In this document: in pieces, positions 40,413-54,278 of the stretch
Numbering within the stretch: the first letter of the stretch is position 1
Layout: every line of letters begins with the position of its first letter
NCBI GenBank assembly: GCA_951406725.2
Contig: OX597815.1
Location: forward strand, 74,090,001-74,154,000
Direction of reading: 5' to 3'
Origin: Octopus vulgaris
Taxonomy: Eukaryota
DNA length: 64,000 nucleotides
Made by a program: the position numbers and the translations under genes
The notes under the pieces: model-generated
What the model saw: only the letters and a program-made list of their open reading frames with translations
What the model was told of the DNA's origin: nothing
The model's database searches: none

Positions 40413-40670
40413 CTATAGATTGTTATATGCCGGTGAAATGCTTACTGACATTTCATCTGTTGCTATGTCTGATGTCATATATATATAGGTATATATATAT
40501 ATATATATAGTATGTATATGTCATATATATATAGTATGTATGTGTTAGTATAGTCTGTATATGTTAGTATATGTATATAGTATGTATGTGTCAGTATACA
40601 TATAGTATGTATATGTCAGTAATATATATATATATATATATATATATAGTATGTATATGTCATATATATT
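35960..40670. repeat. Minisatellite/microsatellite field (~21-25-bp units TAGTATGTATATGTC(A/T)ATATATA)
   Basis: Visible tandem units with variable TA tract, interrupted by a Helitron at 36540-36912. Confidence 0.95.
36540..36912 (-). mobile_element. Non-autonomous Helitron (373 bp)
   Basis: Minus strand reads A|TCTCTCTATATA ... CCCGAGCAACGCCGGG hairpin-CGATACTG-CTAG|T. Inserted at an AT site, no TSD. Confidence 0.85.
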
Positions 40671-42023
40671 CTGTGAAGAGGCTGGTGAGTGAGCAGTGTT
40701 ATGAGTTTGTGAGGTTCCTTTAGTGGAGGACAGAGCTACCACTCTGGTACTTGTGTCTAGGAAAATATTCCCAATGCATTCTGTATGATAGTTGGAAAGA
40801 CATTCTGCCACAGAAACCAAGCTAAATATGTGAGATGATGTCTTCCAGACTCTCAAGGTAAGCAGTTCCCCCAAATGTGTGCTGACCCTAATCTTGATGA
40901 CTCATCCAATCCACACCAGCCTGGAAAACAGGTGTAAAATAATACATAGTGATGCATACATGCACACTCAAATATGTGTATTGACACGACAAATGGCACA
41001 TAACAGCATCCATTACACTCTTGAAGTGGTTGGTGTTAGGAAGGGCATCCAGCTGTAGAAAACCATGCCAAATCAGACTGGAGTCTGGTGCAGCCTTCCA
41101 GTGTGCCAACCCAGTCAAAACATCCAACCCATGCCGGCATGGACAACAGACATTAAATAATGATGATATATTTATATGTATTTATATATATGTAAATGTA
41201 TTCATGTGTATATGTATTTATGTGTAAATGTATTCATTTGTATATGTATATATATAGTTTATATTTATATATATATATGTAAATATATTCATGTGTATAT
41301 GTATTCCTGTGTATATGTATTTATATATATAATGTATTCATATGTATATCTATTTATAGATATATGTAAATGTATTCATGTGTATATTTATTTATATATA
41401 TGTATGTCATATTTTGTGTTTTCAATGTTGGCATGGGTTGGACAGTGTTCACCAAGACCTTAATCAGTTCTTTGGTGGAGTTGGAATTCTTGATGGGTTG
41501 GTGGACCATTTCTTGCCCAGACGTCTCAGGGATTATTTTTTTTTATTATTGGATATACTTCCTAACATGAATTTCTTTGCAGAGTGTACTGGGTGCATTT
41601 TTGGTGACACAAGTGCTGGAGGAGTTGTCATGCCTTAAAACTAAAGGGTCATTTTAGTCCCTTCCTGACTATGTATGGGTGGCATTGTATCAAGAGGATT
41701 CCCATATCTGAGTCTAGGACATTTACTCCCCATGGACAATAACTAAACCCCTCCCCCCCCGGACAATAACTCCCCGAGGCCAACATGATAATTTAAAACT
41801 TTAATATATTGGAGAGGAGTTAATTAACCAAGGAGAGTAATTATTCTAGGGTTGTCGTCGGGGTGGGGGTGGGGATTGTTCAATGGGGCTAATTGTCCTG
41901 ATACGCCCATATCTATGCGTGCGTGCACGTGTGTTATATGCGTTATGCCTGTCAATATATGTGTATTTATATTTGTGTACGATTTATTCTTTCTCTCTCT
42001 CTCTCTATGTATGTATATCTGTA

Positions 42024-42079
<56 letters not shown>

Positions 42080-45000
42080 GTCTGTATGTATGTGTGTGCG
42101 CGTGTTTAAGAGTGAATAAACAGTGGTACTTGTATGTGTTTAGATAGAATCTTCTCATTGAAAATCAACTTCTGCACTTCCGATTATTGACCTAAAATAG
42201 TAAATCACTCATCACTTCGTGTCACTTTTATTAGCATCAGTTATCAAAGTCTATAAACACCTATTTAGAACATCTATAAAGCGAAACCCAATGAGATAAA
42301 ACGAGGGCAATCCGACTGCATGCTGAGTTGACGTATAAGATATTTATGTAGTCTTCCTTCACCATTTAAAGACATGCATGTTGCTCGTTCCATAGCGACT
42401 TTATTTTGTGTCATTTATATTAACTTTGAGCAAACATTGCTTCTACAGTAAATCCTTGTTAGGTTCTTTCAACTCAGCAGAAGATCAGTGTTGTATGATA
42501 TGGTTTGGTGGCTTGAATGCTACTTTGTACTTGAATATAATTAACGTTAATGTAAAAGCAACCAACTAGTAGACCGTCAGGGTTGTCTCTACAGCCCGAT
42601 TTCAAATCCCGTTGTAGCTGAGTTCGCCTTTTATTTAATCGAGGTCTTTAGTTTAAAGTGACAAACTGACAGAATCGTTACCGTGTCGGGCAAAATGCTT
42701 AGTGGCATTTCGTCCGCCTTTACGTTCTGAGTTCAAATTTTGCCGAGCTCGATTCTTTTCCTTTTGTCTTTCAAGGTCGATAAAATAAGTACCAGTTGAA
42801 TACTGGTGTTGATGTAATCGACTTATCCCTTTCTCCGAAATTAGTGGCCTTGTGCCCAAATTTCAAAACACTTATTCTGTAGTCAGTAAAGTTGATTTTA
42901 ACCCACTCCCTGGCGAATATAATGTCGTCAGCTTTGTGTTAGTTACATCAAAAGAAATAATTAGGACGGGTTGACGTGAATAACATAATCCATGGTCCGT
43001 ATGCTATTTATACTAATGTATATTTGGATCACTTTCGTTCATGTTTTTGGAGTCTTTGACTACTAAAATACTTAGGGAGATTTTTGGTTCAACTGACTAG
43101 ATGTCATTCTTGTAAAACTGTTCAGTGTCCCCAATCATAACAATTGTCAGTGCAGGATGTTGACCCAACAAAGCCGTTTCGATTCCAGGTAGTTACTTAT
43201 GGGTTTGGCAGAGGCATAAGCATCACCGTTTCTCTTTACACTTTTATAAATATAGATAAGACCTTTCAAGATGAATTTAAAAAATTAATTAAAAAAACAC
43301 ACTGTTGCTTTAGTAAAATTAATGATAAACTTGGTAATGAGTATTATTAAAACGCGTTCCTTATTTTCTCCATGTTTGCTATCAAACTCATTTTAATATT
43401 GCTGTCTGTCCTCAGTATTCTTGGACCAATTCTCTTCAACCGATTCGCCTGATAGTCCATTTTCTCCATTCTTTTGTCTTGTCTCATCCTTCTCGCTTGT
43501 TTTTGTCCTTCACCCCTTCTCCTCTTGCTTTCCCCATCTCTTTCCCTTCATCGATCTTCACACTTTTCATTTATCTCTTTTCTCTTCCTGCCTAACTTAA
43601 TTTTCCTTCTGTTTCTCCAATTCTTTCAGTGACCTTAAATTCTCTCTAATTAACTCGCATCTCTAACATCTTTCTCTCTCTCCTTTTTTTTTTTTTGCTG
43701 ACTATTTTCATATATTTATTTTCCTTTGGCCCTATCTCTAAGCTTCTCCCTAGTGTTTTCCATTTTTTTCTCTCTCAAGCATTCTCTCTTTCTCAGAGAG
43801 TTCATCACCAGTACTTTCCATAGCAACTTCTAGTTCTGTCATCCTTCATTCTGGCTTCATCTTTCTTTCCTTCTAGCTCGAATTCTTTGCATCTCTCTTC
43901 CAATCTCTCTCCATACCTCCTCAATTTTTCTTTTCCCTTCGACTGTTTTAGGCGTCTAACACCCCATCTATGACTTTTTTTTCCCCTTCTCATTCTATTA
44001 CCCCTTCATTCTTGGGTAATTTTTCTCAGATTATTTATTTTACTATTATCTCTTTTCCCTTTCTCTTCATTGCATGTCTAGTCACTGTCTTCTACAATTT
44101 TACCCCCACCTTTAACAGATTCTCGCATGCCTCTTTCGCTCTTATTATAATTGTCACTCGCATTTGCTTCATTTCGTACTATCTCTCAACCCCATCTCTG
44201 CTCATTCACCGTATTATCTTTATCTATTTTACCATATTTTATCCCGCCCCCTCCTCAATTGCACTCTAATATGAAGGTTACGCTTTCACAAACTTATTAT
44301 TTCCATCTATTGATATATGTCTATCGATCATCGGTCGCTGATTTTGAAAGTCACTAAATCTATTCGGATGATCATCCATCCCTCACTCTTATCTTTCGTT
44401 TATTTCCCTCGCCCCACTTCTATTTTTTCCTTCAACCGCTCACACAGACACACTTTATAGCATGCATGTGGTGTTTACACGCTCACACATTCATAAATTT
44501 TGAGCGTGCTTTAACGTAACAGTTAATACTATATAACCTTATTACATTGTTGTTGGTGCGTGCAGGGCGCACTCTTGCTAGTGTTGTGTGCTTCTCCTCC
44601 TCTCTTTGTCTTTGCATATTTACATACACTCACGCACATCCTTATACTCCGAGGTGGCGGGGGTGATTGGCACACACACACATATGTATACGTACACCCC
44701 CTCCTCCCGACACATCTTCCTAATGTGTATATTACTCTGATATAATATCTCTAACTTAGTAGTATTCAAACACATCTACGCGCCTGCTTCTCCTAAACAT
44801 CTATGTTTAGACTTTAAATGATTTTTATACTGTGGCTCGAGAAAACTTTACCCTGCACAGGTTTGTTTTCTTTATTAAAACATCTTTTAACATGTTAAAT
44901 TTTTTAAAACGAATTATGTAAATTGTTCTCGTGCATATTACTTGGACATAGCTATTGATATTTCATACGCGCATATTGGTTTTTAATAGTGCAAGATAAT

Positions 45001-45216
45001 AATATATTATGGTTGTATATGTTTGCCACTTCCAACACCAAATGTATCGCCTGTACTGGTTGTTCTCTCATTTTCGGAAAACAAATGCGCCTTGATTAAT
45101 TAGAATAATAACCAGATATTCTCGTGCATATGGTTGTTTACATTAATGCTTCATATTATTGTGTGTACATATGTACATGCTTACAGTAATATATTCAGTC
45201 AGCACTCCCTCCCCCC

Positions 45217-45318
<102 letters not shown>

Positions 45319-45371
45319 CACACCTCTCTTTCTCTCTATATATACACACACACACACACACACACATACAC

Positions 45372-45757
45372 TGTACAAACAGGGGGTAGAATGCTCAAGT
45401 ATAGTAGTTTGTTCGGTTGAAGCTAATGATTCATTATGTTGTTACTCCAAGTTTCTTACTCTTGTTCAGCCTGAATGAACTGACAACCGTATATTTTCGT
45501 GTGTATTGCTTGTTTACCTTAATGCATGCACGCTATTGCGTATCTAAACCCAGGGATATATGCAATCAGCACTCATACGCACGTTGTACAAACGGGAGTC
45601 AGAGTACTCAAATCTGATAGTTCGTTCATTCGAATCTTACGATTTACTATGTTGCTACTCCAAGTTTCTCACTCTTGTACCGACGTTTAATCAGAATGGA
45701 ACTGGCAACAGCGAGAAACTCGGAGTTATGACGAAGTGAATCATCAGCTTTAACGAT
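45372..45757. repeat. Local direct plus inverted triplication of a 55-100-bp unit
   Basis: 45372-45470 and 45585-45680 are diverged direct copies. 45700-45757 is an inverted copy (ACTCC(A/G)AGTTTCTC core). Confidence 0.75.
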
Positions 45758-48074
45758 AGATATTAGACATATTAGACACAGACATTGATATTAATAATAA
45801 TAATGATTCAATATGGTTACGTTAATTATTTCCATCGCTTTTTCTCTTAGAATCGCATCTCTTCAACAAGAAACTAACGACATCTGACAGTCATTTCAGA
45901 TTCATTGTTAAAATTTCGTCTGCAGTTCTTCTTTGACATTTATCATCATATAATTAAACACAAGCAAAATGAAAACGCACAGCCTGTTTTTTCTTTCTAC
46001 ATTGGGTATTTTTAATAATTAATTCGAATGTTTTCCTCGTCATTGCAATTAATTGTCTATCCAGTGTCGTCGAAGTGAATAAACGACAGGGGTTGGAAGA
46101 AGAGTAACACCTTTTTCGGAAAGGAAGCGGGGATCCTTTTTTTTTTTTATCTCAGAAATTTTCTCTATTTTATTGCGATCATTTCCGTTATTAACTCGGC
46201 CTGCACGTTAATCTTGTCGATCGATCATTTTGTAATGTTTAATTAATAATAAACATGCATATATATATATCTTAATTATATGTGCATATGCTTCCGTGCA
46301 CACATCCACATGTAAGTAGGGGATGAGTCAGGGAACCAGCCTGCGAAATCTGCCCGCTTGGTGATGTTGATGATACACTTTCCAGAAAGTTCGCTCGGAT
46401 CCTTCGTTACATTTGTATTCCTTTTTTTGTTAACACCCCCACAAGTACAAGGTGCTTTTTTTTTTCTTTCCTGGTTAAGTACTTATAAGAGAAAGGGAAT
46501 AAAAGAATCATATGCGGTTATAATCGTTCCTCATTTTTGTACATTGTCCATTTTAAAAACTAAGCTTATATAGTAATGTACTGTAATACATGTCCAGAGG
46601 AAAAATAGCGTTTATTATTCCGGAGAAATAATATTTCCGTTATTGTACATAGTAATGGTCACTGCTCGAGTTTGAGTCAATTTTTCCTGCTCCATTTCGT
46701 TCTGGGTAACGTTGCACCCACGAAATATATATGGTTTGGCTTAGGTCCTGTTTGTCATTTTTATATGAATTGAGTGAGTGGGCGGCTACAGCTAATATTT
46801 TAAACAATACACCGAGCTGACATCGATCTTGAGCTTAATATTGTGTAGCCTGCGTATTTACGTCTTCTTTATCTAGCAGTAAATAGTTTTTTTTTACGGT
46901 TTTGTTATTCATTTGGAGGCTGTCAAATATGTTGTGCTTTTAACAGGATGTTAATGCATCTTTCACGTAATTTAAGTTTCTCTTCGTTGTGTGGGAAATG
47001 ATTTCTTAATTAATTAAAGGTGCTTGGATGAACTGTTGGGTTCCTTTTCATTATGTGTGTCTTTCATGTTTAATTTGGATTTGTTTTTCACGTAAGCTTA
47101 ATAGAGGGGGCTAGAGAACATCCTTTTTTAATGTCAGGGACGAATTGTAGGTGCATAGAACGAGTTCCTCTGTACTGAAATTCATAGCTGTGTCACTTTT
47201 ATTAGATTAATCTTTTAGTCTTATTTTGGTGACTTGTGTGTATTTTGGTAATTCAGTATGTTTTAATAAGCTGTCCGCATAATATTTAAAATTATACAGC
47301 AACGTTTTGAAAAAAAAAATCCTTTCCAGGTACGACGCCTGGAATTTTGCGAGGAGGTGCTAAGTCTCCGGTGTTCAACTAGTATTTATTTCATCGACCC
47401 CCCGAAAGGATGAAAGGCGAAGTCAACTGTGGCAATATTTGAACTCAGAATGTAAAGAGCCGCGATGAATTTTCTTCGACGCGCTTATTCTGCCAGTCTG
47501 CCCCTTAAATAATAATAATAATAAGGGGTTTCAAATTTTGGCACAAGGAGAAGGGGATAAGTCGATTGCATTGACCCCATTGCTCAACTGGTACTTATTT
47601 TTATCGACCTCGAATGGATGAAAGGCAAAGTCGATCTCAGTGGAATTTGAACTCGGAACGTAAAGACGGACGAAATACCGCTAAGCATTTTGACCGGCGT
47701 ACTAGCGTCTCTGCCAGCTCGTCCCCTTAATAATGATAATAATAACAAACGGTACGGGTACAAACACGATCTCCGTTATTTTCTGTTTAAGCATTCAGTT
47801 TTCGGACATTATTGTTATGGTGCAATTAAGACTGCAAATAATAGGCAGGCTCTGTATGAACATTTATGTAGACTATTCCCATACTAAAGACAGATCATGA
47901 GACAGCAAGACGGAGAGAGGAAGGACAGTCGTCCTCTAGTGCAGGTGTTAAGGGGTGCCAAGTTTTCTCCCTCGCCTATGATTCCTGATAATTAAGGTAG
48001 AAGAGTGGCGTTGAGAAACCTTGCTTTGCTATTGCCTACGCTCAATACTTTACATCTGCTAGCCGTGAGAAATT

Positions 48075-48121
48075 TGACGTCAGTCGGAGCCTGGCTTAAC
48101 CAATGGCAATGTATAACCAAT
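48075..48121. promoter_or_regulatory. Second CRE plus double CCAAT cluster
   Basis: TGACGTCA 48075-48082; CCAAT at 48100-48104 and 48117-48121, in CpG-retaining unique sequence. Confidence 0.35.
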
Positions 48122-49119
48122 TTAATTAGGGAGACGCAATCTTCAGAATCAGTTTAGAACATTTAAAACTCTGCAAATTTAGCAAAATCGTACAGTTTTA
48201 TAGTTAATATGATGAAGATCCATAAAACTTTAAAAACTTGCTAGAAAATATAAAATTATGTATGTGGATGGTTTTTACGCGAGTACATACGCATCTACAT
48301 TCACATGAACACAAGCACACCCATAGAAAGGCTGTGTGGTTAAGAAGTTTACTTCGCAACCACGTAGTTCCGGGTTCGACCCTACTGTGTGGCATCTTAA
48401 GCAAGTGTTTTCTGTTATAGCTATAGATTGATCAATACCTTGTTGAAATTGGTAGACGGAAACTGTGCAGAAGCTCGTGAATGTGTGTGTGTTTCTGTGG
48501 TTGTGTGGATGATCATTAAAATGTATGTCAGATTGTGTGATTGACTAAATTCCTTGAAGTCTGTATACTCCAACATGACTGCAGTCCAATGACTGAAATC
48601 AATAAAATATAAATGTATATATCTGTTTTTTTACCTGTCTATTCAAGGTTTACTCATAACTTTGAACAATGTAACCTTGACTTAAATTCACTAGAGATTG
48701 TACCCGTATTGAAACAGGTCTAGAGATGATGAGGATGGAGAAAGAAATAACATACAATACATTGTAAAGATTTGAATCATTCATGCTAAGGCTTATATTG
48801 AAAACTGATTCCTTCTTTTCTAAAATTAAAATCAATAGCAGAAAGAAAATGACCTGTCAAATGGATAAAAAAAAAAATTGTTTGTGTGTGTGTATGTATG
48901 TATAATCTTAGTATTTGGTAACACTGCAATAAAGATATATATTTAGATGAATAATAACGATTTCATTATATGTAATTATATAAACAATATTTATTGATAT
49001 GTGTATTGTAAACAAAATGCTGACCTTGTTTTGACTGGTAAGCAGCTGGGATATCCCTTATGTAATATAATATAGATGAGAAATGTTTACTGATTTTTGT
49101 CTAGCAACTTCATGTTATT

Positions 49120-49160
<41 letters not shown>

Positions 49161-49644
49161 TGTGTGTGTGTGTGTACTTTAGTTGCTTTTTGTATCTTTC
49201 TGTGCTGGTATAGGTTAGGTAGGTGCTTGTATCAAGTAGTATTTTAACAGCCAGATGCTTCTTGTATTGCCAGTTCTTACCTGTTAGGGATGTTTTTTTT
49301 TTTTATTCTGCTACTTTAAGAGTGGAGAGCTATGAGGTGTAACCTTCGCCAGGATCGTAAACACGACGACACTGTTTATTTGCTCTGACATTCTTATGCA
49401 AGAAGCAACCTTCATGCAGACACATATACACACTCATTCTTGCAACATGTTTCCATGCTGATCCACACAAAGCAGTAGTAGAAAAAACTTGACCAGATGC
49501 CCTTCCTGTTGTCGATCCTTAGCTGTTTTCAAAGGAATTTAATTCCACTGGTTTTTGAAGGTACAGAGTAATCAGTCATAATAATGTTCAGAAGGAATGT
49601 AGCTGCCATATCACTGTTTTGCTCAGATAACTAAATCTCTAGGA

Positions 49645-49892
49645 CACTGGTTCTCAACCAGGAGTCCATATAACCCTTAGGGGCCCAAATGACCTTTGGG
49701 GTCCATATAAGATTTTATTGTTAAAATTTATGTGCAATAAATTGGTTGTACTTCTACAATACTCAAAATAGTTTAACAATATTTAATTATGAAAATATAA
49801 GATTGTTTAAACATCAAAATGTCTATGAAGGTCCTCCTGAGTAAAATAGGAATCAAAGTGTTCCATAGGTAAGAAGTGGTTGAGAATCACTA
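49645..49892. mobile_element. hAT-like MITE
   Basis: Termini CACTGGTTCTCAACC / GGTTGAGAATCACTA with CTAG-centred 8-bp flanks. Related copies at ~33628-33860 and ~1290-1495. Confidence 0.7.
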
Positions 49893-50090
49893 TCCTAGAG
49901 TGTCAACATTTGCATACATGCACACCATACACACACCACACACATACATGTACCTCCTGCACACATAAAATGAAACTTCCATAGTTTTCATTTCATATTT
50001 CTGCTTACAAAGCATTGGTTGGCCCAGAGCCTTAGCAGCCTCTTGATCCAAGAACTCCACAGTAGGGCCGAACCTGAAACTACATATATG

Positions 50091-50161
<71 letters not shown>

Positions 50162-51033
50162 CTGGGCTTCCACAGAGCTTCTGGCTACCAATTCCATTCA
50201 CAAGACATTGGTCAGTCCTAGTGCTGCAATTAACCAGGTGCAGGCATGGCTTCCCAGCTTCATAGTTTTAGGTTCAGTCCCACTGAATGGCACCTTGGGC
50301 AAATGTCTTCTATTATAGCCCCAGATTTGCTAGACAGAAGCTAAGAAAAGCCCTGTGTGTGTGTGTGCGCATGTCACCTTGTCTTGATATTACAGGATAG
50401 TTTTAAACAAAAGCTATCATCATACAAGCTATATCATTTGTTTCCAGTCTTCAACAAAAACCTATCTAGCCATGGGAAAATATTACCTTGTTTGGAAACA
50501 GTTGAGGGTTGGTTGCATGTAGGACATCTGGCTGTAGAAAATCTACCTCAATGAATTCTATCTAATGTATGCAAATATGGAAAAGTGGATGTTAAAAAAA
50601 GAATGTTGATGATGATTAACCATTTAATTCTTCCATAGTATTATGTCTTCTGTTACCAATTTCTTTCTTCCATCACAACCCTCTTCCATTTTATTTTCTA
50701 TATTCATGATTAAAACCATTTCCATGATGTTTGTATTGGTTCTCTTAAATAATTTCTTGCTACATTAGCAATGCTGTTATAGGCTTGTTCATGTTTCTAT
50801 TAAATTATAATAGCAATACTTAATTCTAATGGTTTGGTGTTGCCAATACATTCATGATTTCTTTGGCTCGCTTTTCATTTTCTCTTTTATCTCTTCTGTT
50901 CTCTTTTTTGTTTTTTGCTTTTATTGTATTTTCCCTGTGGCTAGACATGTTATTGCAGAACATTGGAAGTGAATGACACTGCTTGTATGACAGTGACACT
51001 CATTTATGTCTGTTGCACAATATCAAGATGAGA

Positions 51034-51411
51034 CACTTACACACATGCTCACGCCACTTACACACATGCTCACGCCACTTACGCACATGCTCACGCCACT
51101 TACACACATGCTCACGCCACTTACACACATGCTCACACCACTTACACACATGCTCACGCCACTTACACACATGCTCACGCCACTTACGCACATGCTCACG
51201 CCACTTACACATGTTCACGCCACTTACATGCTCACACCACTTACACACATGCTCACACCACTTACACACATGCTCACGCCACTTACGCACATGCTCACGC
51301 CACTTACACACATGCTCACGCCACTTACGCACATGCTCACGCCACTTACGCACATGCTCACGCCACTTACGCACATGCTCACGCCACTTACACGCTTGCT
51401 CGTGCCACTTA
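51034..51411. repeat. 21-bp minisatellite (CACTTACACACATGCTCACGC), ~18 units
   Basis: Directly visible. It produces the periodic HLHTCSR / THMLTPL / KWREHV ORFs in three frames. Confidence 0.95.
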
Positions 51412-53539
51412 GGCACTAAACTTAAATCCATATATTTATTTACCAAATCCACTCACAGGGCTTTGGTTGACCCCAGGGTTATAGTGGCACACACTTATCC
51501 AAGGTGTCATGTAAGACTGGATCCCAAACTTCCTATGATGTCTTGTTCATTAATTAGCGTCAGGTCATTCCTATTTGAGCAGACCTAGGGTTAAAAGAGA
51601 TTTCAGCTTTGACCATCCATTTTCATTATTTTATTTACTATTCTTTTTGTATGAGCAAACTTCCTTGTTTTAAAATGATCTAAATTAACACCTATGTAGC
51701 TGGAATGTTGCAGGAAAGTATTGCAAGATAGATTCTTCAAACTGAGCCGATGGACAGAAGGCATAGGAGTAACTCAAGAATGAGTTTGTATTATGGAACC
51801 AGAGGCAGTCTCAGACAAATTCATATTAAAAGGGTTAAGAGAAATTTGCTTACTGTTTCTAGTAAGTCGGTTGACCACTTAAAGGCTCTTTTGTTGGCTT
51901 CAATGTTTTATGTGGTTTACATAAACCTAACATGGTTAACTCAAATCACTGGCTGTAGTTTATAAATATTATGGTTGTGTTTCTCACCATATGCTGCTTA
52001 CAATTGTGACATTGTACATGTAATTTAAAAATGTTTGTGTTTCATCATTTTTGTAGAAACTTATGCTAATAATTGTTTGTTTTAACTTCAGAGGTATTCC
52101 TTCTCATTTAGGCGCCCATGAATAGATTTGTTAATTACCTACCATAACATTACTTATGCTCTCTGTCTTTCGTTGTGGTGTGGAAAGCCTGCTATTACTC
52201 TTTTATATTTTATCATTTTATATTCTTCCATGACAGCATGATTTACATGGGTTTTTTTTACACATTACATGTTAGTGTATTTGTATCCTTGTAGCAGATG
52301 TTTTCTTATTGGATTTTATTTTAGTTAGATTCGGGACCTACTTTTACTCTAGGTCAATGAAAATGTAAATTACTTTGCTCAAGTGTGTAAAAATATCCCC
52401 ACTTCCTGCATCATCACATTGCAGGATTTTCTCTCTTCATTTCATCAAGACCATCAGTCACCATCGTCATTGTTTTAATGTCCACTTTTCCATGCTTACA
52501 TGGGTTGGATGGAGTTTATTGAGACAGATTTCCTATGACTGGATCTCCAACCTATCACCAATCCTTACCTGTTTCCAAGCAAAGTAAGGTTTCTCCCTAT
52601 AGCCAGACATGTTTTTGCAGAATATTGGAATTGAATGACATTCATTTACAACAGTCACATGATATCAGTAGAACACATACATACACTTACACTTGGTTTG
52701 GAATCATTGCTCTCAAATATTACCTCACCACATTCTTCAATGAGGCTTTTTCCTTTTTGTTCTTTTCTTATCTCCATTTTCCTTTCTTCTTGTTCTTTTC
52801 TTTCCTTGCCTTGCAAGTTGTTTAGCAACCTCACAAGAACTGGTGTCACAAAAAAGCATCCAGTATATTCTGTAAAGTGGTTGACATTAGGAAGGGAATG
52901 CAACTGTAGAAACCATACTAAAACTGACATCAGAGCTTGATGTGGCCTTACAGCTTGCTGGGTCCTGTGAAGCCATTCAACCCATGCCACAATTGAAAAC
53001 GGATGTTAAATGTTGATGATGATATATACATATACACGATAGGCTTCTTTCAGTTTCTGTTTAGCAAATCCACTTTAGTTGGCTTGAGACTGTAGTAGAA
53101 GACATTTATGCAAGGTGCCATGTGGTGAGACTTCTGCATGAAAAAGGAGCATTATTAACATCTATATGAAAAAGGAGCAGTATTAACAGTTCCACAGAAA
53201 AGGCCTAAAAAAAAAAAGCATTGAAAAAAATGTAGTGAAGTAAAACTAACATGTCTGTCATTGACCAATGTTTTCAGTAAATATGGTAAACTTGTGCCAT
53301 ATTTTTGCCTTACTAGACCTCTTCAGCAAAGCATGCACCTTACCATACACAAAATTACACTAACTTCATTATTGTTTTCCTGTGAGGATGTCATCTAAGA
53401 GTTATCTATGCTCGGAACATTAAAAATTTTTTTATACCAATAAATGAATATCCAGTGTAAATCTACTTAGTGATTCCTTCATAACCCTTTGGTCATTGCT
53501 TTATTTCATCCATTAAATCACTATATAAATAGTTATGAA

Positions 53540-53840
53540 GGTATATGGCTTAGTGGTTAGGGTATTCAGCTCACAAGCGTAAGGTCGCAAGTTTAATACC
53601 TGGTGGCGTGTTATGTTCTTGAGCAAAATGCTTTATTTCACATTGCTCCAGTCCATTCAGCTGGCAAAAATGAGTAGTACCTGTATTTCAAAGGGCCAGC
53701 CTTGTGTCATTCTGTGTCATGCTGATTCTCTCTGAGAACTACATCAAGCATGTGTGTGTCTGCGGAGTGCTCAGCCACTTGCATATCAATTTCACGAGCA
53801 AGCTGTTCTGTTGATTTGATCAACTGAACCCTTGTTGGTG
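53540..53840 (+). mobile_element. tRNA-derived SINE (third family)
   Basis: TGGCTTAGTGGTTAGGG A box, degenerate B box, then CTTGAGCAAAATGCTTTATTTCACATTGCTCCAGTCC core. A related minus-strand copy lies at ~62760-63020. Confidence 0.65.
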
Positions 53841-54278
53841 TAACTGACAAAGTGCCAGTTCGTAGTTGTGCAATTCCTATCTCACCTCTTTTTAGATATA
53901 GTTATATTGAGACTTGCTTTCATGTCTAAGTGTGTACATTACTCTTTATTTACAGCAGATTCTCTCTCTCTCAGCTTTTATGTCCATTAGTACTGTAGGA
54001 AAGAGAACAGTGCTTTAAACTGCTTCCATTTGTTCCGTGCTATAGAAAGTGCATTACTGCTACTTTCATTCCCATCACTAATTTGGTTGTGTTATCTTAA
54101 ATTAATTTAGGTAAGAATTGTGATGTGGCATAGTTGTGAAATATAAACATAGGTTAATTGACAAGAGAGCCTTTATGCAGCTATATAACTTGCTAGACAT
54201 ACTAGTCAGTTCTTCCTCAAATTCTGTCCTACTGTCTTCTTAAAAAGAAACATGTATTCAGTAATGTAGACTTATATA

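Noticed and set aside
43072-43112. miR-279-like TGACTAGAT
   Set aside because: Seed-only match; the hairpin loop is too short for a pre-miRNA.
51034-51411. CRISPR-like appearance of regular repeats
   Set aside because: Head-to-tail tandem units with no unique spacers, eukaryotic context, no cas genes.
52140-52192. miR-981/miR-76-like seed TTCGTTGT in a short hairpin
   Set aside because: Only ~9-11 bp pair and the rest does not match the mature sequence; not a credible pre-miRNA.
53275-53330. Minus-strand CTGAAGA with a TATGG/CCATA hairpin
   Set aside because: The GAAA box reads AAAA and stem I does not pair; at most a very decayed remnant.
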